This document shows, piece by piece, positions 1-12,000 of a DNA stretch of 64,000 bases. Origin of the DNA: Octopus vulgaris (lineage: Eukaryota); NCBI GenBank assembly GCA_951406725.2, contig OX597839.1, positions 14,632,001 through 14,696,000 of the forward strand, written 5' to 3'. The translations under genes and the position numbers were made by a program. The notes beneath the pieces are model-generated. The model worked only from the letters and a program-made list of their open reading frames with translations. It made no database searches and was not told the origin of the DNA. Positions within the stretch are counted from its first letter, which is position 1, and the number at the start of each line of letters is the position of its first letter.

Positions 1-59
1 ATGTACTCGCATAACAAGTGATTTTATCTGAGATCGTGTGCTGGAACGAAAACAATTGC

Positions 60-330
60 AGCGTGGAAGGTGTTTGTAAGCCATTTAAGAAACACACAAA
101 AGCCGTTTGATTCACTTTAACATTTAAGTTTAATTTGTCAAAATATTTTCGTTGCTTTGAGACCGCGACTTGTTCACTGACAAAAATCCAGATGCAGCAC
201 AGATTTTTGTCAGTGAACAGGTCGCGGTCTTAAAGCGACGAAAATATTTTGACAAATTAAACTTAAATGTTAAAGTGAATCAAATGGCTTTTGTGTGTTT
301 CTTAAATGGCTTACAAACACCTTCCACGCT
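60..330. repeat. Long inverted repeat (arms of about 129 bp), Penelope-like terminal-repeat remnant
   Basis: 60-188 is the near-perfect reverse complement of 202-330; each arm has a hammerhead-like motif next to the centre. Confidence 0.8.
206..256 (+). ncRNA. Putative minimal type I hammerhead ribozyme, G3:C8 core variant (mirror copy at 134-184 on minus)
   Basis: Stem I TTTGTCA/TGACAAA, core GTGAACA, stem II GTCGC/GCGAC, GAA, palindromic stem III AATATT, U17. Confidence 0.55.
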
Positions 331-500
331 ACAAGCAGAAATATACACTTAAATATATATGCAGTGATGCTACTTTCTCCTTTCTTATTTTTAATCAGAA
401 AAGTTCAGCTTCATCACAATAAGAAATTTCTATAAATGAAAGAATTAATTTACTGAAAGAACAAAGAGATGCACAAGAATGAAATCTTAAAACTGCTTAC

Positions 501-680
501 CTTATTTCCCAAATACTGACGGGGAAGGCTGAAGTAGTAGACACCAGATGGAATAATGCGGTTGCCTGGAATGCTAAATTCTCGCTTGCTGACATCATAA
601 GAAACCAATGAATCGCTAACATCTTCTGGGATTGTGTCTCCACGACGCCTCACAAGCTTCAAATTGCTACCCATGGTGAT
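501..680 (-). CDS. HSPG2: Perlecan exon, laminin B (IV) domain start (180 nt, phase 0-0)
   Basis: [15 protein letters not shown]...[15 protein letters not shown]; attcag / GTAAGC. Confidence 0.88.
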
Positions 681-3600
681 CTGAATATAGATTTAAGATA
701 AATAATAAATAAATATATTCTATGCCTAATACAACAAGTTAGGGAAGAAGAAATATTTTATTTTACATCAATGATTTTAAAGATTTCACAATAGCAACAT
801 GGTGTTTCCTAGTTTTGAGATGATGATGATGATGTACGTTTCTAACATAAGTCTAACAGCAAAGTAATGTAAAATATGAAGTGGATTTGAACTCACAAAT
901 TGCAAGATTTATAGTTCAATACCATATCATTTTAGCTTTTTCATATTCTCAAAAGTTAAATTAAGACCCACTAACTTAATCACTCATTTAATCTTAGCTG
1001 ACTATTAATGATCAATAGGAGATTATACTTAAAATTAGATGGCCCGAACACATAAGCAATATGGAGCTATGGCAAAGAACAAATCAAGTTTCGATTAGGG
1101 AGCAAATATTTAAGAAAAAGTGGAAGTGGATTGGTAGAACAATTAGAAAAGACACACCAAATGTAGTGAAAAGTGCTTTACAGTGAAAACTGGATGGATA
1201 TAGAAGGAGAGGTAGGCCTAAGAACTCGCGGTGGAGATCAACACAAAAGGAACTAGAGAAAGGGGGACATTCATGGCAGAGTATAAATACAGAAGCCAAA
1301 AATTATGTGACATGGAATTCAACTATAAGTGGCCTATACTCCGCATTGGAGGGTGGGGTTAAAGGCATAAAGAAAGAAGGAGATTATACTGATGTTGCAC
1401 AAACTTACCCAAACTTTCTTCAGGTTGCTGCTGTTGCAACGAATTGATCGCTTGAAGCAGAAGCAACTCATACATTCCTCTCTGGAAACGGCAATGTCAT
1501 TGAAGAGTGGTGGAAGACAAACGCCTTTCTGTCCTGAAAATGGGGGAGAAAATAGAGTAACATTAGAAAAGATGAATAAAAGAACAGTGATAAAGAACGT
1601 CTAACCAATGGTATTTGATATGTAACAGTTGAGAGACATCGAAGTAGACAGAGGAAATTGATTATGTTGAATGTGGATGACACTTGTTTAATACTTTCAC
1701 AAAATGCAGGAGTGGCTGAGGGGTAAGTAGCTTGCTTACCAACCACATGGTTCCGGGTCCAGTCCCACTGCATGGCACCTTGGGCACGTGTCTTCAACTA
1801 TAGCCTCGGGATGACCAAAGCCTTGTGAGTGTATTTGGTAGATGGAAATTGAAAGCCTGTCGTATATATGTATATGTATATATATGTGTGTGTGTTTGTC
1901 CCCCCAACATCGCTTGACAACTGATGCTGGTGTGTTTACATCCCCGTAACTTAGCAGGTCGGCAAAAGAGACCGACAGAATAAGTACAAGGCTTATAAAG
2001 AATAAGTCCTGGGGTCGATTTGCTCGATTGAAGGTGGTGCTCCAGCATGACCACAGTCAAGTGACTGAAACAAGTAAAATTGTAAAAGAGTATATTACCA
2101 AATTTCATCTTGCTAATCTTAATTGTAAAATGAAACCTGATTAAATACATAACAGGCGCAGGAGTGGCTGTGTGGTAAGTAGCTTGCTAACCAACCACAT
2201 GGTTCTGGGTTCAGTCCCACTGCGTGGCACCTTGGGCAACTGTCTTCTACTATAACCTCGGGCCGACCAAAGCCTTGTGAGTGGATTTGGTAGACGGAAA
2301 CTGAAAGAAGCCCGTCGTATATATATATATGTATGTGTGTGTGTTTGTGTGTCTGTGTTTGTCACCCTAGCATTGCTTGACAACCGATGCTGGTGTGTTT
2401 ACGTCCCCGTCACTTAGCGGTTCGGCAAAAGAGACCGATAGAATAAGTACTGGGCTTACAAAGAATAAGTCCCGGGGTCGATTTGCTCGACTAAAAGGCG
2501 GTACTCCAGCATGGCCGCAGTCAAATGACTGAAACAAGTTAAAAAAAAAAAAAGTCCACTGTTGATCTGTGTGTGTGTGTGTACATATACACCTGTTACC
2601 TAACATCCTTGTCAGTGGTCAGTTCACCTTACACATGACCAAAAGAGATGGACAATATACTGCTGAAGAATAAAAATAATTAGATATGAAATCCATTGGA
2701 GAGAAAAATTTTCACACAAACCACAGCCATCTGAAGAATGCTTATTTAGCAACAAATTTAGTCATTGTGTGTGTATATATATATATAATATGAGGGAATA
2801 TTATTCCAAACTTACAGGGAAAATTCAATTTAGAAATACTAAATAAAATTTCACAAAATATAATATATATAAATTAGAAAAAATGGTAGTTTTTTCTAAT
2901 TTATATATGTGTGTGTGTGTGTGTATACATACACACACACATACATACATATTTATATCCACTATCTGTATGTGCATATATTATGTATATTATATATATT
3001 TCATCATCATTGTTGGAACATTCATTTTTCCATGCTTACATGGGTCAGACAAAATTCACTAAGGCAGATTTTCTACCATGATATGTCCTTCAGTCATTAA
3101 CCCTCATCTATTTCTAAGTAAGGTAATATTTTCCCATGATTGGACATGTTTTCATAGATTATTGGAAAGAGAGAAACATGAAATTCAGAATACTAGCAAT
3201 TTAGAGCCTCTTTAAGTTCTGAGTTTGTTCAAGTCTTGCCATGAAAAGAAATGTTAGCATGCCGGGCAAAATGCTTAGTAGTATTTTGTCTGTCTTTACG
3301 TCCTGAGTTCAAATTCCGCCGAGGTCGACTTTGCCTTTCATCCTTTCAGGGTTGATAAATTGTGCGCGTGTGTGTGTGTGTTTTTGTGTATGTGTATGTG
3401 TGTGTATGTATGTATATATAGTTAATACACACACACACACATGCTACATACACTCTCTTTTGAAGCAACGATAACACAAAAATACTTACTCCTGACCACA
3501 ATAATAGCATCAGGTAAGGCAAAAATGCTTCCTCTGTTGTTCATAGCTTCACATGTGTATGCTCCAGCATCTTCAAGCCTTGCATCAGAGATTGTTAAAA

Positions 3601-6600
3601 TACCATGACCATTATGACTTGTTGTGACCACTCGACTTCCTTTGGGAATGTTGCCCCAGTTTAGACGCCATATGATGAGAGGTACTGGAACTCCAACAGC
3701 TTTGCAGACAATTGTGAATGTTCCACCAATTTCAACTTCAATGTCCTTAATTGGAGGAGAAACAATCACTGGAGGACCTGTTAGAATAAAACACAAAAAA
3801 AAGATGTGCTTCAGAACTTGATTAAGTCTGGTGAAATGTATAACTTTTGTTGTGTGTGGGGAGAGTCATTCTCTTCTAGTGCCTTATTATTTAACACACT
3901 CACCGGTAAAATTTCCACTTATTTCTTATTTTTAATTTCTAAAATTTTCGTTGCGTGTTGCAACCTTTTCAATAGTCTTGACTGAAAAGGTTGCAACATG
4001 CAATGAAAATTTTAGAAAATAAAAATAAGTGGAAATTTTACCGGTGAGTGTGTTAAATAAGAAGGCACTAAAAGAGAATGACTCTCCCCAGACACAACAG
4101 AATATGCTTCAACACATGAACTCATATAAAGAATCTTGCAAACCAAATCCAAAAACGAAATGTATAACTTTTGTTTCTTATATTACCAAACATTCTCACA
4201 ACTGTTTCTATCCAGAATTTATTATGATCTAATATTGTTATCTTTTGGCTCAAAAAGATAAATTTTGACATAGAATCAACTCAGTTTCTATTTTTATTAA
4301 ACTTCCTTCCAATCATAAAGACTGTATAATGGAACACTAGCTAAGATTACATCTTCAGACTTGAGATCCACCCACAGAATACCTTATCATCCTTATTTTA
4401 TAAGAATATTTTGTGGAAAACCATTTTTAGCATGTTTCATCATACACTTACTGAAAGATATTTTGAAGTGATTTTGTAGGGGAACATGTAAATACAATCT
4501 TGTGACAGTTTATAAGAAAGTATGAAACCATAAACGTATCGTATATACAAGTGCCATGTATCATTAATCAGTCGAGCATTATTGCAGTGTTTAGTTACAA
4601 CTCTCTAGCTTCTGAAGTTGTTCAAATCTTGCCATGATCAACTTTATTTATCCGCCTCATGAAAGTTAAAAGTAAAGTACCATTAAAGTAAATCTAACTG
4701 ATTCCACCTTTCACCACTAATTTGAGGCTTGTACCAATGTTAGAAATCAATATTAATTGATAACGAGAATGTTAGGGATGTTTGAAACAATTAACCCTTT
4801 AGCATTTAAACTGACCAAACCTGGCTAAAATATTCCACCTGTTTTATATTCAAACTAGCACTATGACCCAGCATCACCGGGTCATAGTGCTAGTGCATGC
4901 ATATACAGCTGTGTGCGAGCACACATACACGTGAGTACTGTCCAAATCTCCGACCAATCACATAAAGCTTGCTGGCATTTAATTGGCACTAGCAGAATTG
5001 CTCAGCGTTGCTCGGGGCTGAATTGCTTGAAAGTACTGTTAATGATTGCACTGAATTATGATGATTATTCAGGCAAATATTGATATAAGTTTACGGTGGG
5101 AGATAAGGACTTAACGATAAAACGTGTGCCATTGCATTGTTTTGGGGGTGTAAGAGTTAGCACTTCCTTCTCTAAGCTTGGATTTGATTTCGAATCCAAG
5201 CTTGACGACCGATGATTCTTGGATTTGATTTTGAATCCAAGCTTAGAGAAGGAAGTGCTAACTCTTACAGGGGAACCAAATTTCTGATGAGCATTATAGG
5301 GGCACCAACTTTAAGTTTGAGAAAGTGTGGTGGTAGTCCGGGGTGCTCAAAGGAATTGAGTACCTCTATTGGATAGTTGATGACGTCCTCTGGGTCAGGA
5401 GTTGTATCGATAGACTAATATACATAGACTTCCCCAGGAATGAGTTTTAGCATTTCATCATTAATATGTTGAACAGTTTTATTCCTCGGGGCCAGTATAG
5501 CCTTTTTGCCAATCCAATCCATATTCTGATAATTAGCTTGCAGATCTGGGAACACTGCATCTCTGAGATCAGAAGGCGTCTTAACAATGGTACAAATGGA
5601 ATCGATGGCAATATTACCATTTTCATCCCCTGGTATTTTGCCTTCGCCAAGTGCAAGGAGGGTGTGAGGAAATGCTGCTGATGTGATATTACGTCGCATA
5701 TAAGCACGCATATTGGTGTGAAGTTTGAGAGTTACTTCCCTTTATTTAAAAAATTATGCATTAAAATGGAAAAAAATGATGGTAAATTATTTGTAAATTC
5801 ATAGACTCATCGTAGACGCGCGCTAATACCCAGAAGGGCTCGATATGAATCACGACTATAAGATACCCGGTTTTGGTTAAACTGCATTGCAAAATGTGGG
5901 AGTAGTTAGGAATCTAAATCGGAGTAGACAGACACACAACCTTTCTTTTATATATAAATATTTTCGTCCTAAAAAACTTTGTATGGATTGAATGGTTACC
6001 TCTATGGAAATATATACACACACATTATACATACATGTGTGTATAGATGAATATATAAATACATTTAAATATCTATATACACTTTTGGGTGATCTTTCTT
6101 TTTCTTAGAGATAACTTTAGATCTTATATTCGTCCTAAAAAACTTCGTATGGAGTGAAAGGTTACCTCTATGGAAATATATACACACACATTATACATAC
6201 ATCTGTGTATAGATGAATATATAAATACATTTAAATATCTATATACACTTTTGGGCGATCTTTCTTTTTCTTAGAGATAACTTTAGATCTTATTTTCGTC
6301 CTAAAAAACTTTGTATGGAGTGAATGGTTACCTCTATGGAAAATATATACACGCACATTATACATACATGTGTGTATAGATGAATATATAAATACATTTA
6401 AATATCTATATACACTTTTGGGCAATCTTTCTTTTTCTTAGAGATAACTTTAGATCTTATATTCGTCCTAAAAAACTTTGTATGGAGTGAAAGGTTACCT
6501 CTATGGAAATATATACACACACATTATACATACATCTGTGTACAGATGAATATATAAATACATTTAAATATCTATATACACTTTTGGGCGATCTTTCTTT

Positions 6601-6994
6601 TTCTTAGAGATAACTTTAGATCTTATTTTCGTCCTAAAAAACTTTGTATGGAGTGAATGGTTACCTCTATGGAAATATATACACACACGTTATACATACA
6701 TGTGTGTATAGATGAATATATAAATACATTTAAATATCTATATACACTTTTGGGCGATCTTTCTGCTACTTGTATATACTTTAGATCTTATATTCGTCCT
6801 AAAGAACTTTGTATGGAGTGAAAGGTTACCGCTATGGAAATATATACACACACATTATACATACATCTGTGTATAGATGAATATATAAATACATTTAAAT
6901 ATCTATATACACTTTTGGGCGATCTTTCTGCTACTTGGATATAGGTCTTATATTCGTCGTAAAAAACTTTCCTGTCACACACTCACGCACGCAT

Positions 6995-7039
<45 letters not shown>

Positions 7040-8345
7040 CACACGTTAGCTTACAATTTTATTTATATATTTGCGTGTCTATGTGTGTAAAGCGGAAGTG
7101 GCAATGTAGAGTGAAAGAGTCACTCACTACAGAAAGTGAATTACTTTCACTTTATTCGTTGCCCACTGTGTGTGTGCGTTTGCGTGTGCTGTATCCCACA
7201 CTAAGAGAAGCATTTGACTCATACACCACAATGTGAGTTTTCTCTAAATTTTGCTTAATTGGGGTTGAAATTTTAAAAAGTGGACCTGGCACGACCCGAT
7301 GCATTCTACTCTTAAAAATGCTAGGTAAATTGTAATTGAAGAAATCCTATATTGTAGATTTCTATAAGATACAAAGGGAGGCAGATAAAATCTGCCTTTT
7401 ATAATAAGAGATATCAAGTTTCAGGCATTTTGATTGGGTTTTGGATAGAAAATTCACAAAAAAGTCACTTCTATTGACTTTTTAATGGCTTTGCAGGGTG
7501 ACTGGGGAAATGTAAATATGTGCACGACCATCTTTGGATGGTTTTGAATGACCATAGAAAGTGCGAGCCCTCTAACTGAAAAATTGTGGATTTGTATAAA
7601 GGACACACATGCAAACATTTTGCCATTTATATATATAGAGATTAACTGGATCTGGCCTCTCACAGCAACCCTATAATATCATTCTAAAAATTAATGGCTA
7701 CCTTATCAAAATCTTCAAACTATGAGATAATGCATGATTAATTCAAAACAATGTGAATAAATAAGTACTAAATTTTGAGAGAGTAATTTGAATGCTAAAG
7801 GGTTAAACAATAATACAAGACCCAACAGCCTACTGCCACTCCACACACTTCTATGTTCAAATCCATTTAAAGTTATCGTTTCATTTCATAAAATACAGAT
7901 AATCTGGTAGTATATTGAAATTGACTTAATTTCATTTGTTCCTATTTGAAAGAAATCTACTTACTGCAGCCAATTTCATCAGAACGATCCAAGCAGTCGT
8001 TTTCACCATCACATTGGTAGCTGGATGGAATACACTGGTTTCTGGCAATACATTTGAATTCATCCATATCGCAGGTAGATCCTGGAGGACCAGTTGCTGT
8101 AATTGATCACATTTAAGAATTCATATTAATTACTACACTCTATAATTATGAGAAACTGAATGCAATTGACCTGATAAAGTGACTGGAAATAAAGCCTACA
8201 AAAAGTTTGCAAAACAGAATGAATTGTTTTGCTCCTAACAAGAGTAAAAGCTAATGTTTTACAAAGGAAGTGAGATGAGCCGTTTACTAGATATGCTGAA
8301 TAAACAGATTGGAAATAAAGAAGGATAGAAAACGAAAAGACATTA

Positions 8346-8396
<51 letters not shown>

Positions 8397-8968
8397 CAGA
8401 GGGAGGTCTAACTGGTTGCGTGTGTATAAAGAGAATGAAATTTGAACAAAACGGTGAACAAATATTATTCTATACTATACTATAATGTTGCTATTACATA
8501 AATAAATGGCTAAATTTATGAAAAGAAAAATAACTTTTAACTCATTTTGAATGAATTGTTGAGAAAACATAAATCTAAAGATTGAAATTAATTAAAATCA
8601 AAGAATCAGAGTAATTTCATTTACAAAATACATAGAATAAGAGTAAAAGTTAAACTTACGGCAATTTTCTTCATCAGAACCATCTCCACAATCATTGTCT
8701 CCATCACAACGCCAGATTTTCATAGCACAATGACCATTTCGACATTTAAATTCATTGGGTTCACATGGAAGTGGCTGACCTGGATAATATACAGAGAATA
8801 TTTTGTTACATCAGATTGTTCCAAATATTTCACTCAAATGACACTGGTTAGCTCATGATAATAGTAGAAGACACTTGCTCACACAGCCATACAACGCGAA
8901 CAGACCTCAAACCATATGTCTGTGCAGTGTGCATCTTAAGCACATATCCATGCTTGTACTAAAGTACA

Positions 8969-9021
<53 letters not shown>

Positions 9022-12000
9022 ATAGGCAGATCCGCTGGATGTGTAATGTCAGTGTGCACACACAACAAAGTGTAAGCGTCCTAAGAGAAATGTTGGACAT
9101 AAGCAGCATCAGATGTGGTGTGCAAGAGAGATGGCTGCGCTGGTATGGTCATGTGCTGCATATGGATGAGGAGAGCTGTGTGAAGAAGTGTCACACCCTA
9201 ACAGTGGAAGGAACCCATGGAAGAGGGAGACCCTGGAAGACATGAGATGAGGTGGTGAAGCACGGCCTTCAAACATCACAATCAGAATCTCAATCAAAAT
9301 GGAAATTGTAATTGTGGCTGATGCCAGTGCTGCTTGACCGGCACCCGTGCTGGTGGCACGCAATAAGCACCATTCATGTGGATCGATGCTAGTCCTCCCT
9401 CCGCTGCCTCGACTGGCTCCAGTGCCGGTGGCACGTAAAAAGCACCATCTGAACATGGCCAATGCCGGTGCCACCTTCTGGCTTGCCAGTTCCCAGTTAA
9501 AGCCATGCCAGCATAAAAAATGGACATTAAATGATGACGATGATGATGATGATATATATATATATATATATAAAAACAAAATCCAACTGACATCAAATTT
9601 GTTTTCCTTCCATCAAAGTTTGTATATTGAACCATGGCAAACACAGTTGTTTTAGGCAACTGTTGAAGATGTACATTTTTTTTCTTTCAATATATTATTC
9701 TTATATACTAGTTTTTGTTTTTCTTTATTAATGCCTTGTGGTGTTAGTTATATTTCTTTTTACATTTCATCGAGTGTGATCGTTACCAATGTCGCCTTAC
9801 TGGAACCTGTGCCAGTGGCATGTGTAAAAGATTCGAGCGAGGTCATTGCCAGTACTGCCTGACTGGCCCCCGTGCCGGTGGCACGTAAAAAGCACCCACT
9901 ACACTCTCAGAGTGGTTGGCGTTAGGAAGGGTATCCAGCTGTAGAAAGTCTGCCAGATCAAGATTGAAGCCTGGTGCAGCCATCTGGTTCACCAGCCTTC
10001 AATCAAAATCGTCCAACCCATGCTAGCATGGAAAGCGGACGTTAAACGATGATGATGATGATGATGATATGTGTGTGTGTGTGTATGTGTGTGTATGTAG
10101 GAGAGAGAGAGAGAGAGAGTTATTAGAGAGGGATTATCAATTTCGGCAAAATTTTTTATAAGCTCTCTGTTAATACATCAAGCTAACAAAATTAAGACAA
10201 ATATGAATAAAAAAAATAACTTACTGCAGCTAAATTCATCAGAACCATCTGCACAGTCTGTTTCACCATCACAACGGAAATCTTTGGGAATACACTGACC
10301 ATTGTTACATGTGGCTTCAGTATGACGACAAGGTCCCTTAGGGGGGCCTGTACCTGGTCCAATCTCTGAAACAGTCAATGGCATAAATTTATACTGATTT
10401 CAACATTTTACAATGTGTATTATTTTAGTCAATCGGAAACTGGTAGTCTGTGATCCATTTTACATGGCACAGACAGAAACCATGTTTACTTTAGATTCAC
10501 TGCAGTCACATGTTATTTTGGACAAATAGAAACTAGTTATCTTCTGTGCCAAATTTGCTTACATGTGATTTGCTTACATGTGATGTCTCCAACATCTTGA
10601 AGTAGCAACTGACTTTGCCTGTAATCACACCATGCTACTGTCTTTAAAACACGAAGGACACATGTTGAGATGATCCAGGCTGTAGTAGCATTAAATTTGC
10701 CTGGTCAATGCATACTTGGGGCTAAACAACAATTGTATACATTTTACAACAATGGTAGCAGCATGACGTAATAGTTAATATTTAAAGAGAGACTTACGGG
10801 TGTCTATGATCAATCGGACGGTCTCGGATGCCCTTCCACTGTCACCAAAAGCAGTGCATACATATTCGCCGGCATCATTCTCAGTTACTGCATTGATCAT
10901 GAGAATACCATCAATAGATGAAGTCCTTGGTCCCAGAGCTCGCTGCAAGTAATAGCATTAAAAAATTACATTATAACAAACTACATGCTTTGCATTATTT
11001 GACCCAATCTCAGAGCAAAAATGAATGTAACTAAATATCGTAGGAAATTTTTCCTGGCATGCTGTTGATTCTTAACAACAACAAAAATGACAACCCTACC
11101 TAAGCATAACATCCTGTTTTTAAGGAATGGGAGAGGCAAAATACACATTCTCATATGTACCTGCTTTTATGCACTCACTCATACATACAATAGACTCCCA
11201 TGTAAATCTACTTTCACATACAAACTCATACATACAAGATACAAACAATCATTCTTATATCTTTAAACATTTATCCAAACAAACTATATATGTAAGTGCA
11301 TGTGTATATAAATATATATATATATATATTTCTTTACTACCCACAAGTGGCTAAACACAGAGGGGACAAACAAGGACAGACAAACGAATTAAGTCGATTA
11401 CATCGACCCCAGTGCGTAAATGGTACTTAATTTATCGACCCCGAAAGGATGAAAGGCAAAGTCGACCATGGCGGAATTTGAACTCAGAATGTAACGGCAG
11501 ATGAAATATGGCTACACATTTCGCCCGGCGTGCTAACGTTTCTGCCAGCTTGCCTTATATAAATATATATATATATATATAGTCAATAAAACATATATCA
11601 GAAAAGAAGCACACTCTAAAGAACAGAGTAGTAATTATTAAAACAAAAATATAAATTTTGGCTTTCATGGGTATGAAACCTTTGGTAACTTTATGACCAG
11701 AATTTTTGTTTTAATACACACACACACACACATGACAATCTTCTTTCAGTTTCCATCTGCCAAATCCACCCACATGACTTTGGGCAATAGCAGAAAACAC
11801 TTACTCGAGGTGCCATACAGAGGGACTGAACCCCATCCTCATGGTTGGGAAATGGAATCCTCAGTCACACAGCCATATTATCTTTCTACACTTAAATGTA
11901 CAATATAAATTTTGAATTTTTTAAACTATTTGCCACATGTTCAAAGATGAAACATTTTTTCACTACTTTTGTCTCTGCTCCTTTTTGATAGATTTACCAA

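Larger units (their letters stand above)
4989..7411 (-). mobile_element. Non-autonomous Helitron family B with Pif1 helicase fragment and six units of about 166 bp
   Basis: TC...CTAG termini at A/T; translation [15 protein letters not shown] is Helitron helicase-like; second copy at 21820-23801. Confidence 0.85.
4855..7641 (-). mobile_element. Non-autonomous Helitron family A, interrupted by Helitron B
   Basis: On minus: 5' TC and 3' CTAG, inserted at A/T with no TSD, terminal hairpin; uninterrupted copy at 53090-53461. Confidence 0.8.
4795..7802. mobile_element. piggyBac-type MITE (outermost element of the nest)
   Basis: TTAA-CCCTTTAGCATT...AATGCTAAAGGG-TTAA; diverged uninterrupted relative at about 56645-56870 in reverse orientation. 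Confidence 0.75.

Noticed and set aside
2515-2540. Hammerhead in the SINE family 1 tail (stem-loop followed by GAAAC..GT)
   Set aside because: There is no CUGANGA-like core or stem I upstream; a LINE-derived 3' stem-loop explains it better.
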